From Mayamaea pseudoterrestris (taxonomy: Eukaryota): 64,000 bases of DNA. The notes beneath the pieces are model-generated. The model saw only the letters and a list, made by a program, of their open reading frames with translations, was not told where the DNA came from and made no database searches. The position numbers and the translations under genes were made by a program. Position 1 is the first letter of the stretch. Each line of letters starts with the position of its first letter. Shown here piece by piece: positions 60,694 through 64,000 of the stretch. The stretch covers positions 372,001-436,000 of the forward strand of contig BROI01000021.1 of assembly GCA_027923505.1 (NCBI GenBank). The letters run 5' to 3'.

Positions 60694-61269
60694 ATGTGTG
60701 ACTCCAATCAAACAATAATAGACGAGTGTGATGCTGACGCAACGTCCGCCTCAGCAGTACCGGTAGACTGGACCAACATCTTGCCGCAGAACCGAATCAA
60801 GGCCATCCTTCAAGAGAATCCGAATGTCAGTGCTCTTCCAAAGCCAGCAATGGATCTTATTACAGTCGCTTCCGGCTTACTCATCCGTGATTTGGTAAAA
60901 GACACACGGCACACGTCTGTTGGAAAGGTCGACGACGTAGATATTCATCGTGCCGTTTCGACACTGCCGCAATATACTTTTCTTTCCGAAGCGCTACGAG
61001 AGTTTCAAGCCGAACAGATGCAAGCATCTTCTTCTCATTTACTAGGCAACAGAAAACGAACCAACACTCGTGCCTTTGTAGCAGCCGATGCGACCAAAAA
61101 GTTCAAGAAGACGAAGACGAAACTGGTTGACAGCAAACATAGCATCCCCAAGCTTTCGGTGGCTGATTCGATTCTCGCCCAGGAAACACAAGCTTTTCTT
61201 GCGGTCGACAATGCCAATGCGAGTCATCTACATTCACGAATTGAAATCGACGAAGAGGACTACGACTAG
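60694..61269 (+). CDS. H2A-type histone-fold protein (NF-YC/DRAP1/CHRAC-like)
   Basis: LPQNRIKAILQENPNVSALPKPAMDLITVASGLLIRDLV...DIHRAVSTLPQYTFL. Confidence 0.7.
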   Translation: MCDSNQTIIDECDADATSASAVPVDWTNILPQNRIKAILQENPNVSALPKPAMDLITVASGLLIRDLVKDTRHTSVGKVDDVDIHRAVSTLPQYTFLSEALREFQAEQMQASSSHLLGNRKRTNTRAFVAADATKKFKKTKTKLVDSKHSIPKLSVADSILAQETQAFLAVDNANASHLHSRIEIDEEDYD

Positions 61270-61337
61270 CATTAAATATACGTTCAACTTTAAAACTTAG
61301 AGTAAACATATACTAGTAGTTTCGCACACAATGTAGT

Positions 61338-62868
61338 CTAGACAGACCCTGGATACACTTGGCTCCAAATCGCCCGCATTTTGTTGCTGAGATCCGGATG
61401 ATTCTGCTGAAACTCAGCTGGGGCTTCTGCAAACAAAACAATGACAGCGTTGACTCCACTTCCAACCAGCGACAAAAGAATGCTCGTAATCACCAGGCCC
61501 ACGACGAAACCAATCACAAACGCATAGACCAAAGCGTTTGATGAAGAACCGTCAGTAGAGTCAAAAACACCGCTTGTCGTTTGTATCAGCATGTTCACTC
61601 CTCCCATGATGGCACCAACCACTAAAGAAACCAGCAACAATGTATTCGCCACCAAGTCGTCCGCAATAATTGCGTCCCACCCGCGATTCCTGAAAAGGCC
61701 AAAGACATTCTTGGCACTCTCGATGTATCCAAATCCGTAAATTCCCACGTAGATGAATGCCCAGCGATTGAGGTACTCAACGATGGAGGCCAAGCAAGCA
61801 AGGAGGCACTCCGCAATGCAGGCGAGAAAGCTGCCGCCATTTTCATTTTGCGCCGTATTAGCCAACATTTTTAGCGCCTGGATGATTGCAACCACGAGAC
61901 TTCCAAAGCAGATTGACCCAAAGGACGTAGTAAACGCTCGAATAGCTGAGTTATTTACGGCAGAACTACAGCAACCACTATCCGATGGATCATACCACCA
62001 AGAAGCAACCGTGCCGGCGACAATCACGTGGATTGTGTACTGAAAGACCTGCTGCCCAAAGAAGAATGCCACAAACAGTAGAAAAAGGTAGCCATAGTTT
62101 GGGTCCGTACAAACATTGTTTGCATCGCAGGAGTAGGTCTTGTCAAAGACGCCTGCATAAGGGGAAACGAAGGCGTTCACCGTGAGTTCGCCCAGACGCG
62201 CACATTCGACACTTGCAATTCAACGTACCAACAAACGCGATACTCCAGCACATGCTGTAGGCTCCTGCGATGGCGGTGATAAGGTAGGCGTAGATTGCCA
62301 CTCCCATGTTGGCCTTGACTGCCGTAATGGCCGTCACCATGTTGATCGCGGCAAAGGGGATCCGCTGCCACACGGCGTATGCGTAGCAGCAACTAATGAG
62401 AAAGAATACCACTCCAATCACACCAACGCCGATAGAGCCGGACAAGAAAGCCAACACAGCCCATACACCCGCCATGACGACGGAGAATATGAGGGAAACC
62501 TTGATGAGGGTCGCAGGACAACACATCATGACGGCCAAGCCTCCACCCGCACCTATAAAAGAAATGAACACAATCACCACCACGGCCCAGACATAATTCT
62601 TGTAAATGACTCCGCTATCCGACTGCGATGTAACAAGAGCTTCTCCTCCGTAAATAGCTGCTACTGCGACAATGGCAGCAATGCAAATGTAAAATAGCAA
62701 GGCAAAGATTGGATCCTTGCAGCCACTGACGCGTTTGCTTTCGGGCGTTTCACTGCTCATGGCATGGTGGTGGTTGTCGTTGTTGCCGCTGGTTGCGTAG
62801 GGATTCGATTGATTGTTGCTGGGATATTGCTGGACTGCCGTTCCTTGAACAACAATGGGAGTCGACAT
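61338..62868 (-). CDS. Choline transporter-like (CTL/SLC44/PNS1) family membrane protein
   Basis: CKDPIFALLF, RIPFAAINM, AGTVASWWY, RAFTTSFGSICFGSLVVAIIQ, EYLNRWAFIYVGIYGFGYIESAK. Intron 62153-62228. Confidence 0.9.
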
Positions 62869-63320
62869 GACGGAAATACGGAAAATAGAGACTACTGCAA
62901 AAGCAAAAGAGAGAGAACGGTCCGTTGAGTCTTTGGGGCGAAATCCATCGGCGGCGACAGTAAGTTGATGAGCAAATGAACCGACCTCTCTACGGTAGTA
63001 TTGAGAAATGAGACTTCTTTACTTGTGCAACTTTTTACTGTTCGATTGTAACCACTACTACCCTTTGGAATTGCGACGACGACGGTGTTTGCATGGTTCC
63101 AGCTGCGACGAGGCAAGATTCGTTCATTTCCGAATCGTTGTCGCAGAGTGACTGCCACGTGGTGTTGTGAATACTCTCCGCAACGGGTATCTTATGACCT
63201 GTACGACATGCGCGTTGTCGTCGAGCTTCCACCATGGGACCTCTGTTTCGGAAGCCCAAGATGATGAAGCAGATGTGATAGTCGGCACACAGAGGCTATA
63301 ATATACTGAACCACGTTATC

Positions 63321-64000
63321 ATGTTCTCCAGTCCAGTTGCATCAAAACAACGTCATGAGACAAATATTTGGGTGCGACTTGATTTCATTGAATCTCTTTT
63401 GGCCAACAATGGAAACTTACCAAAAGGTTGGCGGCCACGCAAACGAGTAAGAACTTTAAATCCACACGAGGATGGCTGGGCCTGGTGTCGAGCACATGTC
63501 AACTCGGCGAGGTCAGCGACAGCATCATCAAGTCATGCTAACCATTCACAAAATGGTGGTGTGGTGTCTCCCTTTAATGTCAAGCTCCGACAGGTTTCGA
63601 CTCCTGCAAAGCAGCAACTGCAGCAGCAATCCGCAATTACCAATCAAGACGTCAAGGTGGAAATGACAATCACTGTGGACGACATGGAGCATGCACCCGA
63701 ATCAATGCAGAATGTCACAGTCAGCTTCACCTATGACTCCACTCTAGCGCCAAATGTTTGCACTGCCAATGTCTGGTGGCTGCATGAGCCGTACCTTCCG
63801 CCATCGGACTTGACGCAACTCGAGCAGCTACATGAACCTGCCGTTGTTTACTGCTTGAAGCGTCGCTACGAACAGGATCAGATTTACACCTATACTGGCA
63901 AAATTTTGTTGGCATTGAATCCGTTTCGTTCAGTCCAAGGTATCTATTCCGAGCAAACAATGCAAGTGTACTCGCAGTCCCATGGCTTGGCACTGGATGC
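63321..64000 (+). CDS. Myosin heavy chain, N-terminal part (runs off the window)
   Basis: Not in the ORF track; translated by hand from ATG 63321: ...PPSDLTQLEQLHEPAVVYCLKRRYEQDQIYTYTGKILLALNPFRSVQGIYSEQTMQVY, the start of a myosin motor domain. Confidence 0.9.
   Translation, partial: MFSSPVASKQRHETNIWVRLDFIESLLANNGNLPKGWRPRKRVRTLNPHEDGWAWCRAHVNSARSATASSSHANHSQNGGVVSPFNVKLRQVSTPAKQQLQQQSAITNQDVKVEMTITVDDMEHAPESMQNVTVSFTYDSTLAPNVCTANVWWLHEPYLPPSDLTQLEQLHEPAVVYCLKRRYEQDQIYTYTGKILLALNPFRSVQGIYSEQTMQVYSQSHGLALD

Overview
Compact, intron-containing eukaryotic DNA, most likely from a diatom or related stramenopile. This is an inference from the short GT-AG introns, very short intergenic gaps and bipartite signal-peptide + 'xxAF' plastid-targeting N-termini. 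Gene-dense arms (1-27.5 kb and 48.8-64 kb, about 24 genes) include UTP4, a CCA-adding enzyme, SMC5, SYS1, cactin, UXT, a myosin and a three-gene Tweety-like cluster. Between them lies a ~21 kb gene-free, CpG-depleted satellite block (27606-48760) made only of nucleosome-sized monomers. From left to right it has ~4 diverged inverted copies of a 169-bp monomer, a 178-bp-period linker, ~42 copies of the 169-bp monomer, and ~37 copies of a 352-bp dimer of 179-bp and 173-bp monomers. Each 169-bp monomer carries a conserved 19-bp palindrome, and one variant has a compensatory substitution. The block is a candidate satellite-type centromere or heterochromatin island, unlike the short unique AT-rich centromeres described for Phaeodactylum. 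A diverged importin-beta copy with an in-frame stop abuts its right edge. All calls are by eye; no database searches were run.
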